Source: Thermodesulfovibrionales bacterium (GTDB lineage Bacteria; Nitrospirota; Thermodesulfovibrionia; Thermodesulfovibrionales; UBA6898). Taken from it: 64,000 nt of DNA. The DNA lies in assembly GCA_044450345.1 (NCBI GenBank), contig JBIOIY010000002.1, positions 107,852 to 171,851 on the forward strand, in the 5' to 3' direction. A program made the translations under genes and the position numbers. Position 1 is the stretch's first letter. Each line of letters opens with the position of its first letter. The notes beneath the pieces are model-generated. The model made no database searches and was not told the DNA's origin. It saw only the letters and a list, made by a program, of their open reading frames with translations. Positions 48,308 to 57,999 of the stretch are shown piece by piece.

Positions 48308-48749
48308 CCATCGTGCCTTTGATCACGGCAGTCTTGCCGATAATACCCACAAGCTTTCCCGCACTGACAACCGGGAGCAGATGCACCCCTTTTTCAGACA
48401 TGATCGTGGCGATTTCCTGGAGCGTCGTTTCGGGACCGACTGTGATCACTGCGCGAGTACATATCTCGGAAACCGTCGATGCGGACATCCTCTGTATCTC
48501 TTTCTCCATAGAAGACGTGCCGAGGGGAATGAAGGCATCGAAAAGCCTTACGATTGTAGGGATATGAAACCTGCTGTTCTGTTTTATCAGATCGTTTTCG
48601 GTCACTACCCCGAAGAGATTCTGTTCCGCATCCAAAACAGGGACCCCGCTAATTCCTTTTTCGATAAAAAGTCTGCCCAGCTCCTCCACCGTTGTATTGG
48701 GAGATACCGTGATCACCACGGTGCTCATGATGTCCTTGGCCTTTATCAT
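48291..48749 (-). CDS. CBS domain pair protein
   Basis: It has two CBS repeats (IMSTVVITVSPNTTVEE...GVPVLD and VITVGPETTLQE...LLPVV). Confidence 0.85.
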   Translation of the reverse strand: MIKAKDIMSTVVITVSPNTTVEELGRLFIEKGISGVPVLDAEQNLFGVVTENDLIKQNSRFHIPTIVRLFDAFIPLGTSSMEKEIQRMSASTVSEICTRAVITVGPETTLQEIATIMSEKGVHLLPVVSAGKLVGIIGKTAVIKGTMGETGK

Positions 48750-48802
48750 AGACCCCCTCTTTTCTTTTTACTAATATTAACATGGAACGCATGCTTGGTC
48801 GT

Positions 48803-49564
48803 TCACATCCTGACTTCAGCCTCCGCAATCTCTCTCTCCGGCTTGATGATCCAGATATAGCCAAACTCCCTTTCCTGATACACCCTCGCAAGCCCGAGAC
48901 GTAAAAGCTCGAGGAGTGCAAGAAAGGTAACGATCCACCGCTTCCTTGTCACGCCGCCCTCGAAAAGCTCCTCAAAACGTATACTTTCAGAATTTTCTAG
49001 GAGGTCGACAATCAAGAACATCTTGTCTTTGACAGTCAGCGTCTCCATAGTGATCGTGCGCACTTCGGGAGGCGCAGCCTCAAGTATTTTCCTGAAAGCC
49101 CCGAGCAGATCAAAGATGTTCACCTCGAAAAGATAAGGCTCTGCCTCTGTATCTTCCCCTTCCTCTCCGGGCGTTTCCTCCGGCTCCCTTGAAAAGATCC
49201 TGAGCGACTCATCCTCCTTATCCTTCAGTATCGACGCGGCATCCTTGTACGCCTGATACTCAAGAAGTCTCTGTACGAGTTCGAGTCGGGGATCTTCCAT
49301 CTGCTCGGCTCCTGCGGCAGCCACCTCCTCGGGCGGCAGCAGCATCTTCGACTTGATCTGTATGAGTGTAGCCGCCATAACAAGAAATTCCCCGGCTATT
49401 TCAAGATTGAGCTCCTTCATCATCCCGACATACTCAAGATAACGGCCCGTGATAAATGAGATGGGGATATCGTAAATATCAATCTTATTTTCCCTAATGA
49501 GATGGAGGAGAAGATCAAGCGGGCCCTCGAATGCCGGTAATTTAATATTATAAAGGTCTTCCAT
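48803..49564 (-). CDS. scpA: Segregation and condensation protein A
   Basis: It has FEGPLDLLLHLIRENKIDIYDIPI and a C-terminal winged-helix block (IVTFLALLELLRL). Confidence 0.9.
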   Translation of the reverse strand: MEDLYNIKLPAFEGPLDLLLHLIRENKIDIYDIPISFITGRYLEYVGMMKELNLEIAGEFLVMAATLIQIKSKMLLPPEEVAAAGAEQMEDPRLELVQRLLEYQAYKDAASILKDKEDESLRIFSREPEETPGEEGEDTEAEPYLFEVNIFDLLGAFRKILEAAPPEVRTITMETLTVKDKMFLIVDLLENSESIRFEELFEGGVTRKRWIVTFLALLELLRLGLARVYQEREFGYIWIIKPEREIAEAEVRM

Positions 49565-49804
49565 GGTTCAATTCATATTTTACGGCAGTATTTTAACAGA
49601 TTGTGAGAAAATTTGGTCTGACCGGGGCTCACTTCGCAATAGGTATTTTTCTCCCGATGAAAAGCCCAAGAAGCCGTCAAATGCGATTCACGATATGTAC
49701 ATTTGGCATGACAGGACTCTGGATCACGATAGCGCTATGATGTCGAAAAAACTTTCGGGGCCGAATAGCGACTGGACTCGTGTCGGTCTTAACGCGTACC
49801 TCCT

Positions 49805-50119
49805 CTATCGCTTTCCTGCCTTTTTCACGATATGAGCGGCTCTTGGAGAGACCTCCGGGTCAATGAGATAAGCCTCCGAAAAATACCTGCTGGCGTCGTC
49901 AAATTTCTTCAACTTATAGTCCGCATATCCCAGCAGATAATACGCAACAGGATCAGGAGTTTTAGATATATAATTCTTGAAATGCATCTCGGCCTTTCTG
50001 TAATCCCTTTTCCCGTAATACCTCAACCCCTTTTCGAAATCTTCACTCCCCGCGTATGTCTGGGAACATATCATAAAAGCCAAAATAAGCGAAAACACAA
50101 CATAAGATAAAGTCTTCAT
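49805..50119 (-). CDS. Secreted small TPR protein
   Basis: It has a signal peptide (cleavage near TYA-GS) and two TPR-like repeats. Confidence 0.6.
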   Translation of the reverse strand: MKTLSYVVFSLILAFMICSQTYAGSEDFEKGLRYYGKRDYRKAEMHFKNYISKTPDPVAYYLLGYADYKLKKFDDASRYFSEAYLIDPEVSPRAAHIVKKAGKR

Positions 50120-50320
50120 TTTTCGTTCCCTCCTACCTAATCATCGTTATGCCTTCCGGTCTTAACTATATCACAAGATACGGCGATAATCAAAGGTATC
50201 AAAGCCATGAACCCGCGCCTTAAAGATCATTCAGCTGAAGGGCAAATGGGCGAACAGCAAAGCCGGGGAAAAGAGACACAATCGAAAAACACGAAGAAGG
50301 TTCTGCTACGGTGGCGACTT

Positions 50321-50950
50321 CTACGACTCGATCATAACCATGGTGGTGAGCATCGCAAGGGACCAAACAATGTCAGAGAGGCCTATCTGAAGGTCGCAGG
50401 TGGAATCGAAGAGGAGATCCGCCCTGGCGGGGAATTCCTCATCCTCAAGCCATAAGATCAGAGTAATTGGCACCCTCGGAAGTGGGTAAAGAATCAGGGA
50501 GGCATCTCCGTGCCCAGCCTCCCCGGCGCCGAATTCAAGACCCCGCCTGATGAACGTGTCCCTGTCTCTGCCGTATATGGCGGCAACCCGGTCGAGCGGC
50601 AGCAGATGGGTCCCGGTGAAAAAACGCTGTCCTCCCCTTACGTCGATAGGCCTGATGAGCCTGCCGGTGAAAGGGATATCTTTCGCGCTGGACAGATACC
50701 AAAGGAGAGATAGCCTGAAAAAATCCTTGAACTTATTTAGGAAGAGAATGCTGTTTTCAGAACTGCTGAATATTCTTCTCTCGCTTACTGAAACACAAAA
50801 ATCTATGCCGAATGATTTTACTATAAAGGGCCCCTTCTCATCATCATGCCTTACCGAGGCCCTCCGACAAACGTCATGCGCAGGAAGACCCTCAAGGATT
50901 TTCCAGACTTTCTCCTCTCCGTGTACCGTCTTTATGGGAACTAGTTCCAT
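50321..50950 (-). CDS. DUF3786-like protein
   Basis: The length is right for the family. It has blocks I recall from DUF3786 (PFTGRLIRPIDVRGGQRFF, LPRVPITLILWLEDEEFPARADLLFD). That family is frequently near CODH/ACS genes. The assignment is from memory, not from a search. Confidence 0.55.
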   Translation of the reverse strand: MELVPIKTVHGEEKVWKILEGLPAHDVCRRASVRHDDEKGPFIVKSFGIDFCVSVSERRIFSSSENSILFLNKFKDFFRLSLLWYLSSAKDIPFTGRLIRPIDVRGGQRFFTGTHLLPLDRVAAIYGRDRDTFIRRGLEFGAGEAGHGDASLILYPLPRVPITLILWLEDEEFPARADLLFDSTCDLQIGLSDIVWSLAMLTTMVMIES

Positions 50951-51104
50951 ATTTTACTCCCTAATAATATATAATAATTATGCATTCTTTTGTGATAGAC
51001 TGTGCGTATTTGCTTATGGTATTATAAATAAAACTAATGAATTTATCCATCCAGTTGTCGGTATTTTTCCTAAATTCAGCCTAGCAGATGGAAGGAGGCA
51101 GAAC

Positions 51105-51965
51105 GTGTATAAGATTCTGAAAAAAGAGGTGCTCAGCGATGTCACAAAACTTATGGACATCGAGGCGCCGCATGTCGCCAGAAAGGCGCGGGCGGGCCAG
51201 TTCATCATCGTGCGCATCGATGAGCAGGGCGAGCGGATACCGCTCACTATCGCGGATTATGACCGGGATGCGGGTCTGATCACAATCATATTCCAGGAAG
51301 TGGGAAAGTCCACCATGCAGCTCGGCAAACTCGAGCCTGGCGATACCGTCGCCTCATTTGCGGGACCCTTGGGACACCCGACCGAGATCGAAAACTACGG
51401 AACGGTTGTCTGCGTGGGCGGAGGCGTCGGTGTGGCCCCGATCTATCCCATCGCCAAGGCGCTCCATGAAGCGGGTAATTCGGTCATATCCATCATTGGC
51501 GCCCGTAATAAGTCCCTGCTCTTCTGGGAAGAGAAAATGCGGGCGGTATCGAGCGAACTTATCGTCTGCACAGACGACGGCTCTCATGGAAGAAAGTCCC
51601 TTGTGACCGAGCCCCTCACCGAGATACTCAAGGACCCCGGCAGGAAGGTCGCCCATGTCTGGGCCATAGGCCCCGCCATCATGATGAAGTTCGTCGCTGC
51701 GGCGACGAAACCTTTCACCGTGCCGACCACCGTAAGCCTTAACACCATCATGATCGATGGAACGGGCATGTGCGGAGGCTGCCGCGTTCTGCTCGAGGAC
51801 GGCGCGCGCTTCGTCTGCGTGGACGGCCCTGAATTCAACGGCCACAAGGTCGACTGGGACAACCTTCTGTCGCGCCTCCAGTTCTACAGGGAAGAGGAGC
51901 GGGCAGCAGTGGAACATTATGACCACAAATGCAAACTTGAAGGAGCTGCCGGGGGAGGTAAGTAA
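51105..51965 (+). CDS. nfnA: NADH-dependent ferredoxin:NADP+ oxidoreductase small subunit (NfnA/SudB-like FAD and 2Fe-2S protein)
   Basis: The start is a GTG after GGAGGAGG. It has a PyrK-like fold (GQFIIVRI, GGGVGVAPI) and the C-terminal cluster MCGGCRV...CVDGP. Confidence 0.85.
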   Translation: MYKILKKEVLSDVTKLMDIEAPHVARKARAGQFIIVRIDEQGERIPLTIADYDRDAGLITIIFQEVGKSTMQLGKLEPGDTVASFAGPLGHPTEIENYGTVVCVGGGVGVAPIYPIAKALHEAGNSVISIIGARNKSLLFWEEKMRAVSSELIVCTDDGSHGRKSLVTEPLTEILKDPGRKVAHVWAIGPAIMMKFVAAATKPFTVPTTVSLNTIMIDGTGMCGGCRVLLEDGARFVCVDGPEFNGHKVDWDNLLSRLQFYREEERAAVEHYDHKCKLEGAAGGGK

Positions 51966-53416
51966 TGGCTGAACTAACACAAAAAGAACGGATGCAGATA
52001 AAGCGCCACGACATGCCGAACCAGGACCAGCATATCCGGCGCGGCAATTTCGAAGAGGTCGCTCTCGGTTATTCGGAAGAAACGGCCCGGCGGGAGGCCG
52101 AGCGCTGCCTCCAGTGCAAAGAGCCGAAATGCGTCAAGGGGTGCCCTGTGGGAGTCATGATACCACAGTTCATCAAGGCCCTCAGGGAGGGCGATATGAT
52201 CAAGGCTGTGGAATGGATGAAGGTGAAGAACAACCTTCCGGCCATCTGCGGAAGGGTATGCCCCCAGGAGGTCCAGTGTGAGGGCAATTGCATCCTGGCG
52301 AAGAAGGGCAAGGCGGTGGCCATCGGCAGGCTCGAGCGGTTTGTGGGCGATTTTGAATTGTTGCACCGCACCTGCCCGCTCGTGAAGGCGCCGAAGTCCG
52401 GGAAGAAGATTGCCGTAGTCGGCTCGGGACCGGCTGGCCTCACCTGTGCCGTGGACCTCGGCCGGGCGGGTCATGATATAACACTGTTTGAATCCCTCCA
52501 CGGCCCGGGTGGCGTGCTCGTCTACGGCATCCCTGAGTTCAGGCTGCCCAAGAAAGTAGTGCATGGCGAGATAAGCTACGCCGTTGAATGCCTCGGCATC
52601 CAGCTCAAGACCGACCACGTCATCGGGCGTACTTTCACCCTGAATGAACTTCTGACTGACTACGACGCAGTATTCCTCGGCACCGGCGCAGGTCTCCCCT
52701 CTTTCATGAGGATACCCGGCATCAACCTTAACGGCGTTATGTCTGCAAATGAGTTCCTGACGAGGGTAAACCTCATGAAGGCATATCAGTTCCCGGAATT
52801 CGACACACCGGTTAAGATCGGAAAGAAGATTGCTGTCGTCGGCGGAGGCAATGTTGCCATGGACTCAGTCAGGTGCAGTCTGAGGCTTCAGGCGCTGCAG
52901 GCGCAGCAGACCGGAGATAAACCGGGTGAGGTCCACCTCGTTTACCGCCGTTCCTCGGATGAGATACCCGCACGTGCCGAAGAGTTCCACCACGCCATTG
53001 AGGAAGGCGTCATCTGTGACTTCCTGACGAACCCGATCGAGATCGTCGGCAACGGAAAAGGCGGCGTGAAAGGGCTCCGCTGCATCAAGATGCAGCTCGG
53101 CGAACCCGATGCCTCCGGCCGGCGAAAGCCCGTGCCGATACCCGGTTCTGAGTTCGAGATGGAGATGGACACGGTCATCATGGCCCTCGGAACCAGCCCC
53201 AACCCGCTCGTCTTTGTTGATGCAGCGGGGCTCGAAAGGACAAAACACGGCACCGCGGTTGCGGACACCGAAACGGGAAGGACGATGAGACATCGCGTCT
53301 GGGCCGGAGGCGACATCGTGACAGGCGCGGCAACGGTGATCAGCGCCATGGGCGCCGGCAAGAGGGCTGCAGCCGACATCAACAACTTTCTGAAGGGCGA
53401 AGCCCATTGGGAATAA
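51965..53416 (+). CDS. nfnB: NfnB/GltD-like NADPH-dependent oxidoreductase large subunit
   Basis: It has N-terminal Fe-S Cys motifs (CLQCKEPKCVKGCP, CGRVCPQEVQCEGNC), two Rossmann motifs (VVGSGPAGL, VVGGGNVAMD) and GGDIVTGAATV. Confidence 0.88.
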   Translation: MAELTQKERMQIKRHDMPNQDQHIRRGNFEEVALGYSEETARREAERCLQCKEPKCVKGCPVGVMIPQFIKALREGDMIKAVEWMKVKNNLPAICGRVCPQEVQCEGNCILAKKGKAVAIGRLERFVGDFELLHRTCPLVKAPKSGKKIAVVGSGPAGLTCAVDLGRAGHDITLFESLHGPGGVLVYGIPEFRLPKKVVHGEISYAVECLGIQLKTDHVIGRTFTLNELLTDYDAVFLGTGAGLPSFMRIPGINLNGVMSANEFLTRVNLMKAYQFPEFDTPVKIGKKIAVVGGGNVAMDSVRCSLRLQALQAQQTGDKPGEVHLVYRRSSDEIPARAEEFHHAIEEGVICDFLTNPIEIVGNGKGGVKGLRCIKMQLGEPDASGRRKPVPIPGSEFEMEMDTVIMALGTSPNPLVFVDAAGLERTKHGTAVADTETGRTMRHRVWAGGDIVTGAATVISAMGAGKRAAADINNFLKGEAHWE

Positions 53417-53438
53417 GACGGGCCTCCTGATCGGATAT

Positions 53439-53476
53439 AACAAAAGACCCCGCTAGGAATAGCGGGGTCTTTTGTT
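53439..53476 (+). terminator. Intrinsic terminator downstream of nfnAB
   Basis: It has a perfect 16-bp stem (AACAAAAGACCCCGCT/AGCGGGGTCTTTTGTT) with loop AGGAAT. A and T tracts flank both sides, so it may work in both directions. Confidence 0.85.
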
Positions 53477-53597
53477 ATCACACTTAGTTTTTGCTGTGGA
53501 TTTCACTTCAAAGAAATATTTTCAAAGCCTCTTGGCATCCTCCACTCCTTTCGCCCCGCACATTCCGCATCTAGGAAGTCAGGAATTCTCATGCGCA

Positions 53598-53636
53598 CCA
53601 AAAAGAAGGCCCCCGCTCCTTAGAGCAGGGGCCTTC
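53598..53636 (-). terminator. Intrinsic terminator downstream of cooS (end of the acs operon)
   Basis: It has a 14-bp stem with one mismatch (GAAGGCCCCTGCTC/GAGCGGGGGCCTTC on the minus strand), followed by TTTTT. Confidence 0.8.
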
Positions 53637-53665
53637 ACTTCCGACCTCAAGAAGAATGCTTTTTC

Positions 53666-55669
53666 TTAATAGATGCCCACATGGGGCTTCGCAGCCCGCT
53701 CGATATCACGTCTTGCGGCCATATCCATAAGCACCTTCTCGGTACCGAACTTACCATACTCGTACTTCCTCAGCTTGAGGGCCGTCCTCGCCTTGTCGAT
53801 GTAGTCAAGAGCCATGGCGAGAATTTTTTCCGGGTCAGGCTCAAAGTGGAGCGCTCCCCTGTAACGTTCGAACCAGACCTCGGTCATAATCCTAGTGACC
53901 TCTTTGCTCGCCTCTACCGGAGACGCGCCGCCGAAGATGACCGGAACGCCGGAGGCCGCAAAGTACATGCCGATGGCCACCGCCTTTTCCGTGACCCACT
54001 CAGGTGCGATACCGACTGCAGGCATGCCCCCGATCTCATCGGAGAGACCGCCTTCCGCAGCCATGGCGGTGGCGATAGTGAGAATCCGCGTATTATCTAC
54101 ACAAGAGCCGAGGTGCAGGATGGGCGGTATGCCGATAGCCTCGCAAACCTCTCTCAGGCCGGGGCCGGCATTTTCAAGCGCATTTTCCGGTGTGAGAAAG
54201 CCTGCGCCGGCGCAGGCGCCCGAGCTGCAGCCGGTGGAGACGATAAGAACATCGTTCTTGATCAACTCTTTTGCAAGATATTTGTGAACACCCGTTGAAG
54301 GAACCCTCGGGTTGTCGCATCCTGCCAGTCCTACAACACCCCTGACCCTGCCTGCTGCGATAGCATCATTAAGCGGCCTGAAAGAACCGCGCCATTTTCC
54401 GCCCTGCATGTATTCGATATACTCCTGGGAGAACCCTGCAATGACCGGAAAACGGGCTGAAGAGTGGCTTCCCTTCGTCGTGCGATTGGGATAGTTGTCT
54501 ATCGCCATCTTCACGATCTCACGCGCCACCTCTTTCGCCCTGTGTTCATCAAAGGGCATGTGGATCGCGCCGGGTATCTTGACCTTATCTGATGTGGTAA
54601 TGACCTTCGTATGGAACTTCTTCGCCACATCGACAATGGCAGGCATGATGCACTGGACATCCACAGTAAAGGCATCAATAAGTCCGGTCATTATGGCCGG
54701 CTCCTGGTTGGTGAACCCGCCTGCAGTCGGTATCCCGTGCCTCATGAGCACTTCATTAGCCGTGCAGCACATACCTCCCACGTTGATCCCCTTAGCACCC
54801 TTAGCCTTTGCATGCGCAACCATTGCCGGCTCGCAGACGACATCGATAATCATCTCAGCAAGAGAAGGTTCGTGACCGTGGACTATGATGTTCACTTCGT
54901 CTTCCTTGAATATGCCAAGGCTCGCCTCCGCCTTCACCGGCATCGGCGTGCCGAACAGGATATCAGAAATATCGGTAGAGATCATACTGCCCGCCCATCC
55001 GTCGGCCAATGAGCATCTCAGTGCCTGGTCCAGAATGGAATCGGGGTCCGCGTCCATTCCCATGGTCGTCCTGTCCATGGTCTCGGCAATCTCCCTGTCT
55101 ACGCCCCTTGGAGTGATCCCGTATTTCTTCCAGCGCTCCTGGGTCTTTTTGGGAGCGCGCGCAACATAGTTTAATTCACCACGCTGCCTTCCAAAGTCCT
55201 CCATAAACTTGGTAGCCACATCCTTGGCGACATCCAATACGGGCCTTCCTTCAAATTCAATATTGAGTATGCTTGCAACCCGGTACAGCTTTTTCACGTC
55301 CTTGATCCGGAAGTCCTTGGCCTCGCCGTTGGCAACTGCAAGGAGGGTAAAGACCATGTCCCTGCCGTGGTCGCCGTGGCAGGCAGATCCTCCTGCCGCC
55401 ATTCTCGCAATAGAGCGTGCTGAAATGGTAGAAAGGTCTGCGCCGCATATGCCCTTCGCCTGTTTTTCAGCATCCTTGCCTGTCAGCCTGCAGGGACCCA
55501 TATGGCAACTCTTGCAGCATGCACCGCTATGACCGATCGGGCAGGGCTTCATCTTCTCAGCCCTGTCAAAGCAGGTTTCGATCTCCTCGAACTTACCCCA
55601 TTCCAGTATCGCCTCAGCAGCAGGCTCAGCGCTTCTTACCCGTTTCTCTTTTTTTTCTTCCTTACTCAT
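53666..55669 (-). CDS. cooS: Anaerobic carbon monoxide dehydrogenase catalytic subunit
   Basis: It has the N-terminal B/D-cluster Cys motifs (CPIGHSGACCKSCHMGPCRL, GICGA), IVHGHEP, GMCCTANE and GSCVDN. Confidence 0.95.
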   Translation of the reverse strand: MSKEEKKEKRVRSAEPAAEAILEWGKFEEIETCFDRAEKMKPCPIGHSGACCKSCHMGPCRLTGKDAEKQAKGICGADLSTISARSIARMAAGGSACHGDHGRDMVFTLLAVANGEAKDFRIKDVKKLYRVASILNIEFEGRPVLDVAKDVATKFMEDFGRQRGELNYVARAPKKTQERWKKYGITPRGVDREIAETMDRTTMGMDADPDSILDQALRCSLADGWAGSMISTDISDILFGTPMPVKAEASLGIFKEDEVNIIVHGHEPSLAEMIIDVVCEPAMVAHAKAKGAKGINVGGMCCTANEVLMRHGIPTAGGFTNQEPAIMTGLIDAFTVDVQCIMPAIVDVAKKFHTKVITTSDKVKIPGAIHMPFDEHRAKEVAREIVKMAIDNYPNRTTKGSHSSARFPVIAGFSQEYIEYMQGGKWRGSFRPLNDAIAAGRVRGVVGLAGCDNPRVPSTGVHKYLAKELIKNDVLIVSTGCSSGACAGAGFLTPENALENAGPGLREVCEAIGIPPILHLGSCVDNTRILTIATAMAAEGGLSDEIGGMPAVGIAPEWVTEKAVAIGMYFAASGVPVIFGGASPVEASKEVTRIMTEVWFERYRGALHFEPDPEKILAMALDYIDKARTALKLRKYEYGKFGTEKVLMDMAARRDIERAAKPHVGIY

Positions 55670-55750
55670 AATTTACCTCCATCTTTTAAATCCCGGCTCC
55701 TTTCCCATGCGTCAAGAAATGATCCGGAACCATATTTATGCTACTGCGGT

Positions 55751-57949
55751 TTATAACATCGGCTCCATTTCAAGGGCAGGATGTCCCACCTTTGACAGGT
55801 GCTCCAGGAGCTTCTCCGAGTCCTCGCATATGCTTTCATCTGCTATCTTGTCGAGGAGGTCGGGAACCCCGGCCTCTTCGGCTCTCTTTTTGAAATCATC
55901 GCTTATCCGCTCCTTCAATGACTTCGGCATCCATACGATCCTCTTGATACCGCCGTCCCCAAAAAGGAACTTTTTGCTCGCCACGAAATTCACACCGACT
56001 CCCATAAAGCCGGGAGTCTGGGCGCCGCCGCCGACGGTGCCGGCGAGGGTGGAGAACTTCATGCCGACAGGTGTCATCCCGGTATGTCCCCTGTGCACGA
56101 GCATGACGCCGTTTGCCTCTGGTATGATGGCGATAATGCACTCGAAACATCCGCACGAGGTCATAGGGTTTTCCATCAGCGTATAGAGATTCATTGTTTC
56201 AACGGCGCCGCCTGTAGCCTTTCTCAGATAGTCATCAGAACCGGTATAGCGGCCATACCTCGCATCCAGACACTCACCTTTTGCTATTGGCTGGTTCCCG
56301 CCCGTGGGATCGATCTCATAGGCCGCCTTTCCGTCAAGCCAGTTGTAGGCCCCGCAGAGTCCGAGCCTTTCAGGGGTAATTACACATACATGGCTCGGAG
56401 CAAAGGACTGACAGAGGAGACAGGAATAAAACGTATCCACCGCCTCGTCCGTGAGGCTCCCGACACGCTGGTCTCGTTCTTTGTAAGCCTGACGGGCATG
56501 CCCGAGCTGTTCCTTGACGTCTTTGTCGTCAATGAATAAAGTCACCTGGACTTTGTCCACGATGGATCTGAACCGATGATGGGTCATGGCGGCGTTAAGT
56601 ATGCCGAGGTGTTCGAGGGTGAAGCCATCCTTTTTAGCGTTGGTGCTTATCCTTACCCAGTTAATATCTCTCTGTCCCATGTGCCAGACACCCTGGGCCT
56701 CGTTGATGTTTGAATGGATCTTCCTCTCGATGACCGACTCAAAGTCCTTCTGCATCTTTCTCCCGGCGCACTCGATGAGCATGCCGAGGGGCATCTGGCC
56801 GCCTTTTTCAAAACGCTCTTGCCAGTTTTCGCCGACGATGATGACCTTGTTGTCCTCGATCTCGTTCATCTCCCTCATTCGCACCCACTCAAAGGCAGCA
56901 GTCCGCTGGCCGCCAAATTCAATAAACGTATCTTCCTTCCTGATCCTTTCCCCTTCGAAGGCGGGGCCGAATGCAACGGGGATCGGCGGTTTTTCGACAG
57001 TTATCTTAAGACCTCTCATCTCGATCGCCTTCTGCACAATCTTGGCATGGTCGAACTCCTTATCAACCTCTTCATAGGTGCATACACCGGTAGGATGGAT
57101 GACCGGAATGTCCGTGTCCCCAATGGCCGGGAATCCCATGTTGATGGCGCCGGCCCCTGTGGACCACTTTATGTCGTCGAGTTCACCGAGCACGATAGCA
57201 AAGGCGAATACCCTGTCCTTCTGGTACTTAAGGTGCTCTTTGAAATCTCCGGGCTTCTTGCCGCCGAAGATCAGCGAGGCCCTTATCGCCCAGTCCAGGG
57301 CATAGAGCGTATGTTCAGTGTCGGGACCGAGGGGTACTATCCTGGTATCCCACCCTAGTTCTACTCCCTTTCTCAGGAGCTGTTTTGTCACACTGTCCCC
57401 TTTCGACTGCCCCGAGAGAAAGGTGAGTATGTTCTTCCCCTGGAGTTCCCTGCAGATATTTACCGCGATGTCATCAGTCGGTGCGGCTCCCAGGATAGCA
57501 GCAAAACCGGGCATTGTTCCATCAACGAGCTGAATGCCGAGGTTCCTCTGGATCGTATCTGAGATGAAACCATTATAGACGTACCCGGTTTCCGGGTCCT
57601 TGCACGGCTCCAGCCCATGTATATATCTGAGGGCCAGCAGGATCTCCTCGGCGAACAGAGTTCCCATGCCCGAGTCAAGGGCCTCACCGAGATACGGTTT
57701 CCAGATATGTTCCTCCGGTTCGTCATGCAGCAGCTCTTTGGCAAATCCCATCGCAACGTTCATGTCGCCGAGGGTCTTTACCTGAAACCCTGTCATTGCA
57801 TAAATCATGGGAAGATAAAAGGCCGTATCCGGAAATTCGAACACAAAGTCCTTGCCCTTTTCGGCTATCGTCTTCTGAAGCAGATCATCCGCCTGCTTGA
57901 CCAGTTTGTGCGTACCTCTAATGACTGCGGTCGCTATTAACTTGGACAT
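55751..57949 (-). CDS. acsB: CO-methylating acetyl-CoA synthase (ACS alpha subunit)
   Basis: It is a bacterial-type 732-aa protein with FPDTAFYLPMIYAMTG and the A-cluster Cys motifs (CLLCQSFAPSHVC, CGAYNWLD, SCGCFE). Confidence 0.95.
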   Translation of the reverse strand: MSKLIATAVIRGTHKLVKQADDLLQKTIAEKGKDFVFEFPDTAFYLPMIYAMTGFQVKTLGDMNVAMGFAKELLHDEPEEHIWKPYLGEALDSGMGTLFAEEILLALRYIHGLEPCKDPETGYVYNGFISDTIQRNLGIQLVDGTMPGFAAILGAAPTDDIAVNICRELQGKNILTFLSGQSKGDSVTKQLLRKGVELGWDTRIVPLGPDTEHTLYALDWAIRASLIFGGKKPGDFKEHLKYQKDRVFAFAIVLGELDDIKWSTGAGAINMGFPAIGDTDIPVIHPTGVCTYEEVDKEFDHAKIVQKAIEMRGLKITVEKPPIPVAFGPAFEGERIRKEDTFIEFGGQRTAAFEWVRMREMNEIEDNKVIIVGENWQERFEKGGQMPLGMLIECAGRKMQKDFESVIERKIHSNINEAQGVWHMGQRDINWVRISTNAKKDGFTLEHLGILNAAMTHHRFRSIVDKVQVTLFIDDKDVKEQLGHARQAYKERDQRVGSLTDEAVDTFYSCLLCQSFAPSHVCVITPERLGLCGAYNWLDGKAAYEIDPTGGNQPIAKGECLDARYGRYTGSDDYLRKATGGAVETMNLYTLMENPMTSCGCFECIIAIIPEANGVMLVHRGHTGMTPVGMKFSTLAGTVGGGAQTPGFMGVGVNFVASKKFLFGDGGIKRIVWMPKSLKERISDDFKKRAEEAGVPDLLDKIADESICEDSEKLLEHLSKVGHPALEMEPML

Positions 57950-57999
57950 TCTCCAACCTCCTTATGTTTTTTTATTATATACTATATAAAGTATATTTC

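Noticed and set aside
49563-49835. A 90-aa plus-strand ORF lies in the scpA/TPR spacer, which could also hold an ncRNA.
   Set aside because: It has no SD site or homology. The spacer more likely holds the scpA promoter and a weak terminator-like hairpin (TTCGGCCCCGAA followed by T6 on the minus strand, about 49746-49766). I recognised no conserved ncRNA motif such as SRP, 6S, tmRNA or RNase P.
50550-51104. The long N-terminal extension of the ORF-track entry 50550..51965 would make nfnA 471 aa long.
   Set aside because: The extension is antisense to the well-supported DUF3786 gene and has low-complexity, non-homologous sequence. A GTG at 51105 preceded by GGAGGAGG gives a normal-length NfnA.
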